Shown in pieces: positions 29,361-41,285 of a stretch of 64,000 nt of DNA. Both the position numbers and the translations under genes were made by a program. The notes under the pieces are model-generated. The model was not told the DNA's origin. It searched no databases and worked only from the letters and a program-made list of their open reading frames with translations. The first letter of the stretch is position 1, and each line of letters opens with the position of its first letter. Source of the DNA: the human T2T-CHM13v2.0 reference genome, Homo sapiens. The DNA lies in NCBI RefSeq assembly GCF_009914755.1, contig NC_060934.1, one strand, 5' to 3'.

Positions 29361-29630
29361 GCAAGCAAGACCCAGCGGCCCGAGGGGATTTCGGTTGCTC
29401 TCTGCGTGGGGGCGCAGTCTCCACTGCAGATCAGCACCCGCCCGCGGGGAGGTGGCCACGTTTCTCTCCTGAACACCAGTTGATGGCCCGCCTTCCTAAA
29501 AGGCCGTGTGGCGTCTCCAGTGGCTACAACGGGGCGCGCCAATGGCTCGTGCGTGGAGGTAACGGTGCCGCGGGGTTGCCAGGGGCGTACCACGACCGGG
29601 CCGCGCACTCTCGCTGCCGCCCTGGCGTTT
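29340..29630 (-). promoter_or_regulatory. Small CpG-rich putative promoter/5' region of the NUDT9 retrocopy
   Basis: Dense CpGs against a CpG-depleted background; CCAAT 29539-29543; MYB-type hexamers at 29477, 29527 and 29560; RFX half-site GTTGCCAGG at 29575. Confidence 0.6.
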
Positions 29631-30160
29631 TGGTTGTAAATTGAGAGATTTTGACCTCTGGAAAAGCTCCCAAATGGAAAGTGCTGGGGTTGAGGACATC
29701 TTCCTAACGACAATAAAATTAGCAAAGGAGAACCACCAAAGTGCCATTAGCCCACTAGCCATTTACCAGTAAATTTAGTTCACAAGGTTTAGGATGCTTT
29801 CTGTTAGGGAGAGGGCAGAATGAACGTGGGGTTAGGAGTGGACAAAACTCCCTGTTTGGGATGCTCAGAAGCCGAGTGGGGGTGGCCTAAAAAAACAAGG
29901 GGGACTCACCTGGTACACTGAGCGTGGTGCTGATGAGAACTCCATGAGAGGGTGTGATGAGCGGAGTATGTGTTCAAAACGTGGGTCTATCATTTACTAC
30001 CTGAATGGTTTTGGCAAGTTCCTTAATCTCTCTTTTCCTAGGAGTATTTGCTACAGAATGCCAAGTACTGTGCCAAGCACAAAAGAGTGAACTGAAGGCT
30101 GGACCACGGGCCCTTTGCTTTTAAAATGATTCTGCTCGGAGAGGCAGCACATTTTTATTA

Positions 30161-30227
30161 ATATATATATATATATACACACACACACATATATACATAT
30201 ACACATATATATACACACATATATATA

Positions 30228-30288
<61 letters not shown>
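30161..30288. repeat. Compound (TA)n/(CA)n/(TG)n/(GA)n microsatellite
   Basis: Read directly. Confidence 0.95.
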
Positions 30289-30289
<1 letters not shown>

Positions 30290-30329
30290 ATTAGCACTGA
30301 AAGGGCAATGCCAGGTATCAGGTAAAAGT

Positions 30330-30540
30330 CGAACACAGGTTAAAAACCCAGCTCTAATTCCTCCACATGCCACTTTCTTGGGGGAAGTTACATAAGCTCT
30401 CTTCAGGTTCCTCATGTGTAAAATGAAAATATTAATAACTACCTCATAGGGCTGTGGTGACAATTAAGTAGGATGTTATAACACATGTTAGCTCAACGTC
30501 TGGTCCACAGCATAAACTCAATAAATATTAGTTGTCATCA
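30330..30540 (+). mobile_element. MIR
   Basis: ttcctcatgtgtaaaatgaaaatattaataactacctcatagggctgtggtga core. Confidence 0.7.
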
Positions 30541-33500
30541 CTGTAATTATCGTTAACTTTTTTGATTCTGCACCTTGAAAACTGTAGATTAGAACAGGAC
30601 AGCTGAGATGATTATGGGAACTGAGCAGCTCACATATGAGGTCAGAATTAAACAGCTTATGGTTAGAGAAAATCAGGATGAGAAATAACAGAAATTCAGG
30701 CTGAGAAATAACAGCATCTGTCCTGAAATGATAAATAATGAGAAGAGGCACGGTCTTAGACATTACTCAGAAGGAAACAAGCCCTAGGGAAAGGTATCTG
30801 ATCATTTGAAACAGTCCCATTAGAAAGATGTTCAATGAGTAAATGATTTTATGGTCAAATATGTTTGGGGAATTCTACATATTTTATCACCCTGTCCCCT
30901 TAGAAATTCAGGGTTCACATTAGTGTTCTAAAGATCCTGAAAATTTCTATAAACACAAATCAACATTAAATTGTTTAATTTTGTTTCATCTGGTATTTCC
31001 ATTCTCTGGTTAGAAACATTCTAACCAGAGAATGTTTCTTTTTTGCAATAACTGGTAACATATTAGGAACATACTTCCTCAAGTTTAGAAAGGTTTCAAA
31101 ATGTATATGTGTGATTGAGGGTAGATCCCTAATCATTTGAAGTTATTACTATCATCATAACTATGGAAGGCAGCTACAGAATACATACCCAATGCCCTCA
31201 TTAAACTCCAAACAAGATGAGGCAGGTTTCTAGAAGGCTTGAAACACAGAAATAGCTGGGGCTATGGGGAACAAAATGGTAGAAAAGGACTGAGAACAGA
31301 GAAATATGAGACATAGTCATCCTTAACCATCATTGTCATCAACATTGTTGAGGGTTGGCTGTGCGCAAAGCACTGTACAAAGTACCACTGGGAAAGAAAG
31401 ATGATCCTTAAGGGACACAATCCCAGCTCTATAATTCTTGTCTTTCTATGCCTCAATTTTTTAAATCCTGGAATTCTATTCCTGCAGGTCTCCTGAAAAT
31501 GTATTAAGAAAACCACTGATACAAAAACTTAAAACATTTGGGGAAAATATACTGTGAATTCCTCATTATTTCCAGGTATCCTACTCCAACTCATAAGAAA
31601 CAAATGGAGCAGATGTCTTTGGTATGGTTCCGGCTTCCTCCCATCATAGGCTTTGTAGCTTGCATCTGACCCTTGGCTTCTTTGGGTCTTGGTTCCTCAC
31701 TAGAAAAGGAATCTGTTGGCCTCTGTTACCTATAAAATTCCTTCAAGACTTAGCATTTTATGATTCTAGGATCTATGAAAATCTCATTATTAGAAGGGCA
31801 AGGTCAATTTTTGCTACGAATCCAAAAGACTAGATGTTCAAATATAAACAGCCAGATGCTCAGGGGGAAAACACACTGTTGAGGAAAGGAAAGGAACAGG
31901 GAGGGTATGGTGTGCCACATACAAGGCAGAAATATAATAATTCATGGGTACCTAGAAAGGAACTTCAAAACCAGTAATAAGGCATTTTATTCTATTTTTA
32001 GCATCGTCAGCAGGCAGAAGATGGTTAGATAAGACCATTTGATGATTGTGGTGCAAAAGATACCCTAGGGGCAAGAAATAAAATAACTGTAGTAGAAACC
32101 AAAAGAATTATTTGCTGGGAAGCCACTGGGGAGATTCCCTTTCTTAAATTGTCTTCTGAGGCAGAAATGTCTGAGGTAGAACAAGCAGAGCTACACACAG
32201 AGAATTTTCTGGTTCTATCCACGAGAAAGCCCTAAAGGAACTGTAAGGGGCAATCAGAGAATAAATCTTTGGCCTGTCACTATGAACTATGCCCGAGTCA
32301 GAGATTGCCTGTGTCATTCCCATTTTATAATATTAAGGATATTATGAAAGGCAAAGTGGATATGGGGAGGACCAGGGTGATTACAAGGTCCAGGCAGTGC
32401 AAGAACCCCTAACCATCCTTCCTACCTCTCTTTGGGAAGTACAAACAAGTGGTACCCACCACATTTAATTATCAAGAATTATCCATCTCTTCCGAAAGTG
32501 ATGCTAAGGCTCAACTTCAGAAACAAATCTTGAAGGAAAGCAGAAAAATGGTTTTCTCCTCTCTTTAAAGTGGTAATAATGATAATAAATAACAAATTAA
32601 CTACTATATACTAAGTTATTTCCATGTAACAGAATGGTGTACAGGTTTGTCCAAGTAAGACTGCCCAGTTTTGAATCCTGGTTTAGCCACTTCTTAGCTA
32701 GTTGACCTTAAGCAAGTTTTTAAACTTCTCTGGGCCTCAGTTTTCTCATCTAGAAATAATAATGGTATCCATGTTATAGGGTTGATGTGACATAATTCAT
32801 TTAAATAGCTTAGACTAATGTTTGATCAATAGTAGGACCACAACAAATAGTTATTGCAACTATTACTATTAAGTACTTTACATTTGTTATCCCATTTAAT
32901 TTTCAAACAACCCTTTGAGTTAGGCACATATACTAACAATATCAACAGTTAACAGACTGAGGACATTGCAATTCATAGAATTAAATGTGCCCAAGATCAC
33001 ATAGCTAGTTATTACTATATATTTCAGAACCAGAAAGGCTTGACAATATAAACTCATATTTTATTGATAGTCTGAATGCATGTTGAATTTGATTTTATAT
33101 GGCAAAATGGCACCATTTTACTATGCCTATAAAATTTTTGACTGAAGTTGGTTCTTCTGCTGGGTTCACTCTGTAAGAGGAAGAATTTGGAGACAGTGAA
33201 ACCATTAGCAACCTATTGTAATAACAGTTGTAAAGAGAAAATGCCCTGATTCATGGGAAAATTCAGACAAAAAAGACAAGCAAGAGAGACATCCCAAAGT
33301 GGAAGTAGAGGCCTAAAGAGAAGGAGTCATCAAAGATCGCCCATTTTAATCCTAAAGAGCCCAATGGATGGTGGTGATTGGCATAAACAGGGAAGCCAGG
33401 AGGGGAGTTGACAGTGGGAAATTCACTTTTAGCTGTGTTTTAAGGACACATGATAAGAGGATGGAGCATGGGATGAGTGCTGTGGGAACTGGAGATTCCG

Positions 33501-34994
33501 CCACTAACATTTTTGTTCCTCAATTTCCTCTTTCAAAAATGATAAGTTGATCTAGAATTAATCCTTTGGATTCCTTCCAACTTCCTAGAGGAAGCATGTA
33601 AATGAATTAGAGGAAGTAGAAGGTAGATTTCAGGAATTCAAGAGGCAGTGAGTGATCAAGGTATTGGATCATTAGTCTGGCCTTGAAGTAAAAGAGAGAA
33701 GTGGGACAATTACTTACTTTTTAAGATTAAGACAAATGGTGCCTTTTAAGAAATGACTTAGGCAGGATTAATTAATACACCCATATGTAGAATACAGGCT
33801 GTTGACAATTAACCTAAGAAATCTAAAGTAAAATGTGTAACAATGAAAGTCAAGTAGACTTTATTTATAGGAGAGATAAGCTTCAGTTTGTGTGGTGTGA
33901 TATGAAGGTGTTGGGAAAGTCCAGCTGCCCCAAAAATGTCTTCCTGATCTTCTTAAAATACTGCCTGGCTTTACACCATTAAAATAAACCTCTTTAAATG
34001 TACTTCATAATATAAAATGCACATTTATTTCACATTCAGCTGTTACCATGCTTTCCGGTGCATTAGGGTAACAGGATGACAACTAGCTACGGCGAACTGA
34101 GGAGACAAAGATTTGAAGGGGGAGGAGGAAGGGATTCCTTTGGTATTTGGTGCAGCATTACTCAAGTCAGTCAGTTCAACAACATGTGGCTGCCTATTAT
34201 ACTCCAGATATTGAGCTAGGTTCTAGACATTAAAAGGCAAGTAAGTTGTGGTTCATTGCCTCAAGATGCTTATGGTCAAGAGAGAGTGGACTACATAAAG
34301 GTCATGGGGCTGGAGGAGTTTTGAAAAGTGGGACCAGCGACTAGGTAAAAAGGAAGAGGGACAAAGAAATTTGTTCTCTTCCATCACAACTTTGTTGAAG
34401 AATTAGATACCCCAAACAATGCTTTTTCTTGGTCCCAGTGAATCCCCCTAAGGAACTACTAAAATTTAAGCTGGTAGAGTTGACACCCTGTAGGCTGAAG
34501 AATAACAGATAATTTGAATATCTTTAACTCAATATTTTTGGCCCTTTGAAATTTAAATTAGTAAAATTTTACTATATCAGAACTTGTAACCTAAACAGTT
34601 GACTATAAAATACAGGTTTGCTGATAATTTTTCCTGCTCCCTTTCTCCCCTGGAACTTCACAGTATGCTAAGATTGCTGAGGACTGGTGGGGGGATCCAG
34701 GGCTAGCAGAAGCAGGAAGCAGGAAGCAGGAAATGTAGAGAAATTGGAGCTAGAAAGATAACTGAGCACTTCTTTAAACAGCAGACTAGAGGAGCACCAT
34801 ATCTTCACAGATGGTGTTAAACAAGCATCATAAGACATAGCTTCAAATAATGCAGGGAACATACAATTAGGGCCACAAAAACTTGGGGTACCAGTTCTAG
34901 TTCTGGTATTTACTAGCTGGATAGCCACAGGAAGTCATAATTTTTTTTTGCCTATATTTAATGAGTACTGTCTATATGCCAGGCACCTATAACA

Positions 34995-35366
34995 TGTCTA
35001 TAATTGACTGAATGTTCATGGCTCCCCTCAAATTCATATGTTGAAATCCTACCCTCCAGTGTGATGGTATTGGGAGGTGGGGCCTTTGGGAAGTAATTAA
35101 GTCATGAGAGTGGAGTCCTCATTAATGGGATGACTGCCCTCATAAAAGGAACCCCAGAGAGCTCCGAGGCTCAGTGTCTTTTCACTATGTAAGGATACCA
35201 TGAGAAGTCAGCACTCCAGAGGAGGAAGAAAGGCCCTCAGCCAACCCCTGACTGTGCTGGCACTCTGATGTCATACTTCCAGCCTCCAGAACTGTGAGAA
35301 ATGAATGTTTGTTGTTTAAGCCACCCAGTTTATGGTAGTTTGTTATGGCAGTCTGAACTGGGCAAG
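34995..35366 (+). mobile_element. MaLR LTR (MLT1A/MST-like)
   Basis: aaattcatatgttgaaatcct...cttccagcctccagaactgtgagaaat...tttaagccacccagtttatggt. Confidence 0.75.
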
Positions 35367-38300
35367 AGTGTTTTACATATGACGATATTTCATTCTCATG
35401 ACAACCCACTGAAGTAGATTCTATCATTTTTCTCTATTTTATAGATAAGAAAACTTACCCACAGATAATTCAAGGTCAGATAAACTAAAATTTGTTAAAG
35501 TAGGGATTTGAATACAGGTAGTCAAACTCTAATGCCCATGTTTAATCATTATGATATCCCAGGTATTAAGTCTTTTGGGCTTCAGTTCCCTCACTTAAAA
35601 CTGGACACGTTGCACCAAACAATGTTGAAAATTCTTTCTGGCTTTAAACACTATGATTCTAATTATATAAATCATATCTATATTTAATACGCTCATGGTT
35701 AATCTGTGTTTCGGAATAGTCTCAGAGAACTGAGAGCTGAAGACAAGTTTCTGAAATATGGCTTCATTTCTTAGTTATCCCTTGTTTCAGTCAACGTAAA
35801 CCACATAATTTACTCTTCCACCAAGAATACCCTTCCTCCATTTCCATCTGTTGAAAATCTATCCATCCTTCAAGTGCCAGCTGAAATGCACCTCCTCTAA
35901 ATAGCCATTCTCAGTCTTTGGGGATTTAAAGTGCGGATGTATTAGACTGTTGGGCGTTGGGATTTGGGCGAAGTATCTGTGCTAATGAAAGGAAAAGATG
36001 TAGGATAAGAAGAAAGGTTGCAGGGAACCACGTACAGGAAAGGTAAGAGAACCGTCAGCAGTGTTGTTGGTGACGGGCACAAAGCCTTCCTTGTGACAGG
36101 CAATAGCAAAGTCACCAGATTATATTAAATGTTGCCCAGCTAGTAGGAGTGAGATGAAGATTAAATGAGAACGTTTGTAAAATATCTACTACACTGTCTG
36201 GAAGGGCAGCAACAGGATAATTCCTAATCTCTTCCTTCCATAGGCAACTGGTCATCTCCTTCATGCTGAAGAAAGCTGCCATCCTGCCCAGGGAGGAGTA
36301 GGACAAGAAGAGGGGAGAAGAGACTCTGGGGGGGAAAAGAAGTCAGGCGGAGATATATGGGAACACAAAGAAAAAACGAGAGCCAGAGTACACAAGACGA
36401 GACAGAAAAAAGAAATGTAAGGGAGTGACGGCGAAGAAGAGGATAGAACGGTAATGGAAGCAGAAGGGCAAAGAGGGACAAGTAAGAAGGAGAGAATTCT
36501 AGGCCTCGGGAAGAGAAAGTTCCTGCTGCACTGCGGAATCCGGCCTAAAGGAAGAGGCAACCAGGTGCAGCACCCAAGCCCAGGTGCCAGTCATTTGCCG
36601 CTGGGCTCTCAGACCCATTCTCCTTTTGCGGCTGTCACATATTCTGTAGGGATTCTGAGCCCTGCCCTCTGTCATCTTGTCCACTGGCTTCTCCTGCTTT
36701 CCACCACTGGGTGGGCTTGGAGGGTGGGAGGCAGGGAGAAGCCAGGGGGACTCTCATCCCCTACTTTGGAAGATGTCTGCCGCAGTAGTTGCACTAACTT
36801 TGTGGCTCCAACTCCTATTGGACAAGCCCTCCAGGGTTCCGGCTGTCTCCTCTCTTTGCCCCTCCAGCCTCAGGGGAGAAGGCACGTCCAGCAGTTGCTA
36901 ATCTCAGGATTGCCTCACCTTACCCTAGTTGAACGTCCAGTTCTTTCAACACTTGTAACTAATTTGCTGCATTAAATTATTGCTATTGACTCGCTTGGGA
37001 AAGAATACTTTCGCTGGATTCACTTGCAGAGTTCAAAGACACTTTTCCTAATGGGACTGCAAGCAGCGCATCGGAGAAAAAAATCTAGCAGTCCCAGGAG
37101 TCAAGAAGGGTCAGGGTCTACTTCAGTGTGTGATCAGACAGCGACAAACCCACACTACCTAACAGGGCCGGAAGGCTCTTAGCCTAGGAATTAGCTGTAA
37201 AATGACTGGGTTCATGTCTACTTTTTCATGATTTACTCTATTCTCTTTGATCACCGCCAGCCTTGGCTTAAGGAACATCTCTGTAGAATTCAATTTTATT
37301 CCTCAAGGGTTACTTAAGTGCCCATTATGAGTATGGAGGGCACATAGCTAGGTGTGGTGGGGAGGAGATATAGAGACGCAGGAAAAATGGAGGGCATGCT
37401 CAGTTTTTGGAAGTGTTTGCTTCCTGCAAGATGAGGTTTGCGGACCTATCAGGAGAGCCTCTTGATAAAGACTCCTGAACTTTTCCAGTCTCACCAGAGC
37501 TGCAGACACTCGGAGGCAATATTAGTCTTACAGCTTTCATTTCTCCCATCACCAGAGCTCTGTTAAAAGCAGACTCCTCTTTAAGGAATCCACAGATCAG
37601 AGAGGGTACAGCACATGCACACAACTGACCCCCAGGTCAGAATGATGCCAGCCACAAGGGGGGATTCTGCTTGGGGGAGCAGGAAGACTGCACAGAGATG
37701 GTAGGAGACGGCTACAGGAGCTGAGTCCAAGAAAGTTTGACAGGTGGAGGCGGCTAAGGGGTATTCTGGCAGAGAACAGAGAAGGATCAAAATAAAGTGT
37801 CAAAGGACAGACACATTTCAGGTGTTGTCTGTAAACGGAGGCTTTGGGGTGAGGGTAGGGAAGTGGAGGGGAGACTGAAAAATGGAGGCCCAGCTATTGA
37901 GGACTCTGAGAATGAGGCATTAAGGCTCGAGGCCATGGTGAGTCACTGGAGGATCTTCAGCATCAGGGCGGCAAGGTCACTTCTGGTGGGGTGGCGGGGG
38001 TGGGGTGGGGTGGGGGGACTTTGCGATTAGAAGCAAAGAAGCTGGAGGCAGGAAAAGAAACTGCGAGCTCTCGGGTGGAGGGCAGCTTATACGGGAAGCC
38101 TGGACTTGACCATCGCCAGGGAGGCATACTGACATTCGAGCTGCCTTCCATCTATTCAAGGGCACGCTTCCTCCGTCTGTGGGGGGAGAAGGTGCCCCCT
38201 CAGAGGCTGTACGATTCGAAGTCTCCGGCCTGAGAAGTTTCGAATTTCTCCTTGCCAAGGTCGGGCCACTACAGGTGGGAGACTGCGAGCCCCGAGCGAA

Positions 38301-38701
38301 AGCTTGGCTTCACGCCCGCCCGGGGCAGCCGCCGCGGCTCGTCCCCTCCAGGCCTGGGCACCGCCGTGGGCCGTGCCCGGCAGGACGCTCCGGGAGCTGC
38401 GCGGCGGCGGCTCGAGGAGGCCTGGCGGGCGGCGGCGAGAGGCTGTGCCCCAGTTTGTGTCCAATCAGGGAGTGCGGGCTGTGCCCCGAGCCGGGCAGCA
38501 ATGCGTAAACAAACCCACGGTAACTCCTCCGCCCCCTCGGCGCGCTCGCCCCGCGCCCGCCGCCGCCAGCGCCGCCGCCGCCGCCGCGGGCTCTGCTCTC
38601 CTCGCGCCCGCCCGCCGGGCCGGCCCAGCCCCCGCCCCGCGCCGCTCGCACCCCCGCTGCCCCGCCCCGCCCCCGCCGGCGCGGGCTCCCTCACCTACCG
38701 C

Positions 38702-38771
38702 CCCACGCGCGCGCGCTCGCGCACCACGCGCCCCGCGCGGCCCGCCCGGATCGTGGCCTCTCGAGAGCAAG
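38702..38771 (+). other. PCGF5: Probable non-coding first exon (5'UTR); the rest of the window would then be intron 1
   Basis: Near-consensus splice donor CAAG|GTAAGG at 38771/38772 just downstream of the GC boxes; no ATG in the exon. The start is approximate and the gene identity is from memory of the human locus, since no PCGF5 coding sequence is in the window. Confidence 0.6.
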
Positions 38772-39865
38772 GTAAGGGCGATGCGCGGGGACCCAGGCGG
38801 CTTCCCCGCCCGACGCGGCCCAGGGAAGTTTCTGGCGTGGCTGTTTTCCGCGGGGCCGGGGGGGAGGCCCCGGGAGCCAGGCGAGCCCGGCGGGCGGGAG
38901 GGGGCCGCCTGGCGCCCCGGGGTCACAAGTTGCCTAACCTGACCTCGGTGCGGGCCGGTGGGCGGCGCGGCCGGGCTGGCGGCGCGCGGAAAGGGGCTGG
39001 AGGCACGGCGGGGCCGGGCGCCGGGCGGGCAAGGGGAGGGCCCCGAGGAACTTTCTCTTCCCCAGAGGGGCGCCTTCCAGTCCTGGCCGCGGCCCCGCCG
39101 CGGGAGCAGCGGCTCCCTGGCTGGAGGGAGACCATGAAATGTGTTCGAAGAAGCTGACGCAGTTTGTGACGCTCGCGGCTTCCTGATGGGGACCGGCAGC
39201 AGCGGCGCCTCCGCCGAGGAGGGACGACCTGAGTCGGCGCTCGGGCCCTTCCCCCGCCGGCAGCCGCGCGCCCCGGCGCCTAGTTTGGGGGCCGCTGGCT
39301 CGGGGCGCGAGCATCTGCTCCCGGCTGCGCGCGTCGCTTCCGTTTTGATTAGCTCAGGTTATTATATAAGATGTCACGGAGAGGAAAGGGGCGAGCGAGA
39401 GGCGCGTTGGGGAGGGCGCGGTGGCCTTCCGCGAGTGGCAGGGAGGGGCAGGAGGCAGGACCCGGCGGGACCCACCTGTACGCCCTCCGCGCCCCCTGCG
39501 GGCGCTGCCCGCGCGCGTGCCGGGGTGGTGGGGTGGGGGGGCACGGACGGACGTGCCCGCTGCTCCCATCCCCTCCCCGCCAACACTCGGGCAGCGGCCG
39601 AAACGTGCTATTTTTTCGCTGCCACCTCTCCTGGGTCTACAGGTTTCTGGCCCCAGGCGTTTGTACTTTGAAACATTTGTTTAATATTAAGAAAGCTGCG
39701 TGTGCGGCCGTCATAGTACACCCGGAACGTGTGGCCGTGAGCTCCAGGGCGGTGAATGAATCATCGCCCCGCGGACCGGGCCCCGATGATTCATGCGGGG
39801 TACACACACGCGCGCGTACTCGCTATGTACCTCTGACCCAGGGAGAGTGGCCCCTCTGCAGTGAT

Positions 39866-40028
39866 GACGCCCGGAGGGGCGGGGAAGACTTAGTGCAAAA
39901 GGACAGCGGGGTCCCCCCCTTCCACAATAACTTGTGGGGGGGTCAGGGACGCCCGGAGGGACGGGGGAGACTTAGTGCAAAAGGGCAGCGGGGTCCCCTC
40001 TTCCACACTAACTTTTGGGGGGTCAGGG
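39866..40028. repeat. Imperfect ~82-bp tandem duplication
   Basis: gacgcccggaggg...gacttagtgcaaaagg...ggggtcagg at 39866-39947 and 39948-40028. Confidence 0.92.
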
Positions 40029-40419
40029 TCCACACATTCCCCAAGGCTTGTTTTGCGTTCTCGAAAGAGTTACAAAATTCCACCTGGCTACATTAACCGG
40101 TTGAGGAGCGCTGGTTCGCTGCAGGGCTGGGTCCTGTCTCATTCAGTATTTGGTGTCAAGTGAGGGAGGTATCAGACTCTGAAGGAATCCTCCTAGTAAT
40201 TGCGTCTACCTAACTGGTTCTGAAGTAATTAGAAAAATTTTAAAAGTGGATCTTAAAAGAAGACTCCTTAAGACTAGTTTTTTGAGGGTTTTTAAAAAGC
40301 CAGATCCTAAAAGGAACCTCGGTTGCCATTCATGAATACAGAATTTTTCCCAATGTGATCACTCTCAAAGATTAACTTGACTCATTCCCACCTCACATTA
40401 GTAAGACTGAATAAAGTTT

Positions 40420-40725
40420 TCTCATCATTTAAGACTCACCTCAAACGGCATCTACTCAGCCAGGCCTTCTTGATCGCCTTCATTATCTCCTGTCCCCTCC
40501 CCCAGGAGCCACCCCATAATACTATTTTATTTTCTTCACTGCGCTTAATCGCTATCTGATCTTACTTTGTTTAGGAGTTCTTTTAGTCTGATCTCTTCTT
40601 ACTGGAATGTAAGCTCCACTATGCTAGGGATTTGGGCTGTTTTGTTCGCTGCTATAACCCTAGCACCTAGAACAGTGCCTGGCATATATGAAACACTTAG
40701 TATTTGTTGAATCGTGAATGAATAA
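40420..40725 (+). mobile_element. L2 3' end
   Basis: actggaatgtaagctcca...cctagcacctagaacagtgcctggcata...tatttgttgaat. Confidence 0.75.
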
Positions 40726-41190
40726 ACTCTTTTCCAGATTTCTTGGTAGGACTGTTTTTGACAGTTGAAATTCAGTGCTTTTTTTTTGTGGGAAAGTCAC
40801 CAAGTTGGTGCAGTTCTAATTTTCTTCTTTTTCCTCCTGGTTTTCTTTTGATTCATTTTCTGCTCTGTGATGTTAACCTACAGCACAACAAGGGTTTGAG
40901 CATCATATCCTAAGACACTTAGTATGAAAAAAGATAAAGCATGTGGAGCTCTGTCAAGAGAAAGTATGTTACTATGTAACTTCTGGATGATTAAAAATAT
41001 TATCTGTGCTAGTTGAAGAAAAGGTGCAGGATATTGAAATGGAATCAGCAAAGTCAAATCCCACAGTCCTATGTTTCCACTTATTTGGAATACTAATATT
41101 TCCATATCTTCCCTCCCCACTGCCTGGAAAACAGCCTGAAGTTTAGCTGCAGTTTGGGAAGGTTCATAATAAATACCACTTAGTATGAAG

Positions 41191-41285
41191 GTTTTTTGTT
41201 TGAGGCAGGGTCTCTCTCACTCTGTTGCCCAAGCTGGAGTGCAGTGGCGCAATCATAGCCTCAACCTCCCAGGCTCAAGTGATCC
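41191..41285 (-). mobile_element. 5'-truncated Alu fragment
   Basis: About 90 bp of Alu 3' end flanked by tatgaag direct repeats. Confidence 0.7.

Larger units (their letters stand above)
38250..40030. promoter_or_regulatory. CpG-island promoter (probably the distal PCGF5 promoter)
   Basis: About 1.8 kb, very GC- and CpG-rich; CCAAT box 38461-38465, forkhead GTAAACAA 38505-38512, several GC boxes 38630-38675, (GCC)n near 38557-38587. Gene assignment is from recalled synteny with NUDT9P1. Confidence 0.88.

Noticed and set aside
38156-40096. Many long overlapping ORFs (up to 301 aa) on both strands
   Set aside because: Low-complexity Arg/Pro/Gly/Ala translations expected from stop-poor CpG-island DNA; no recognisable domain.
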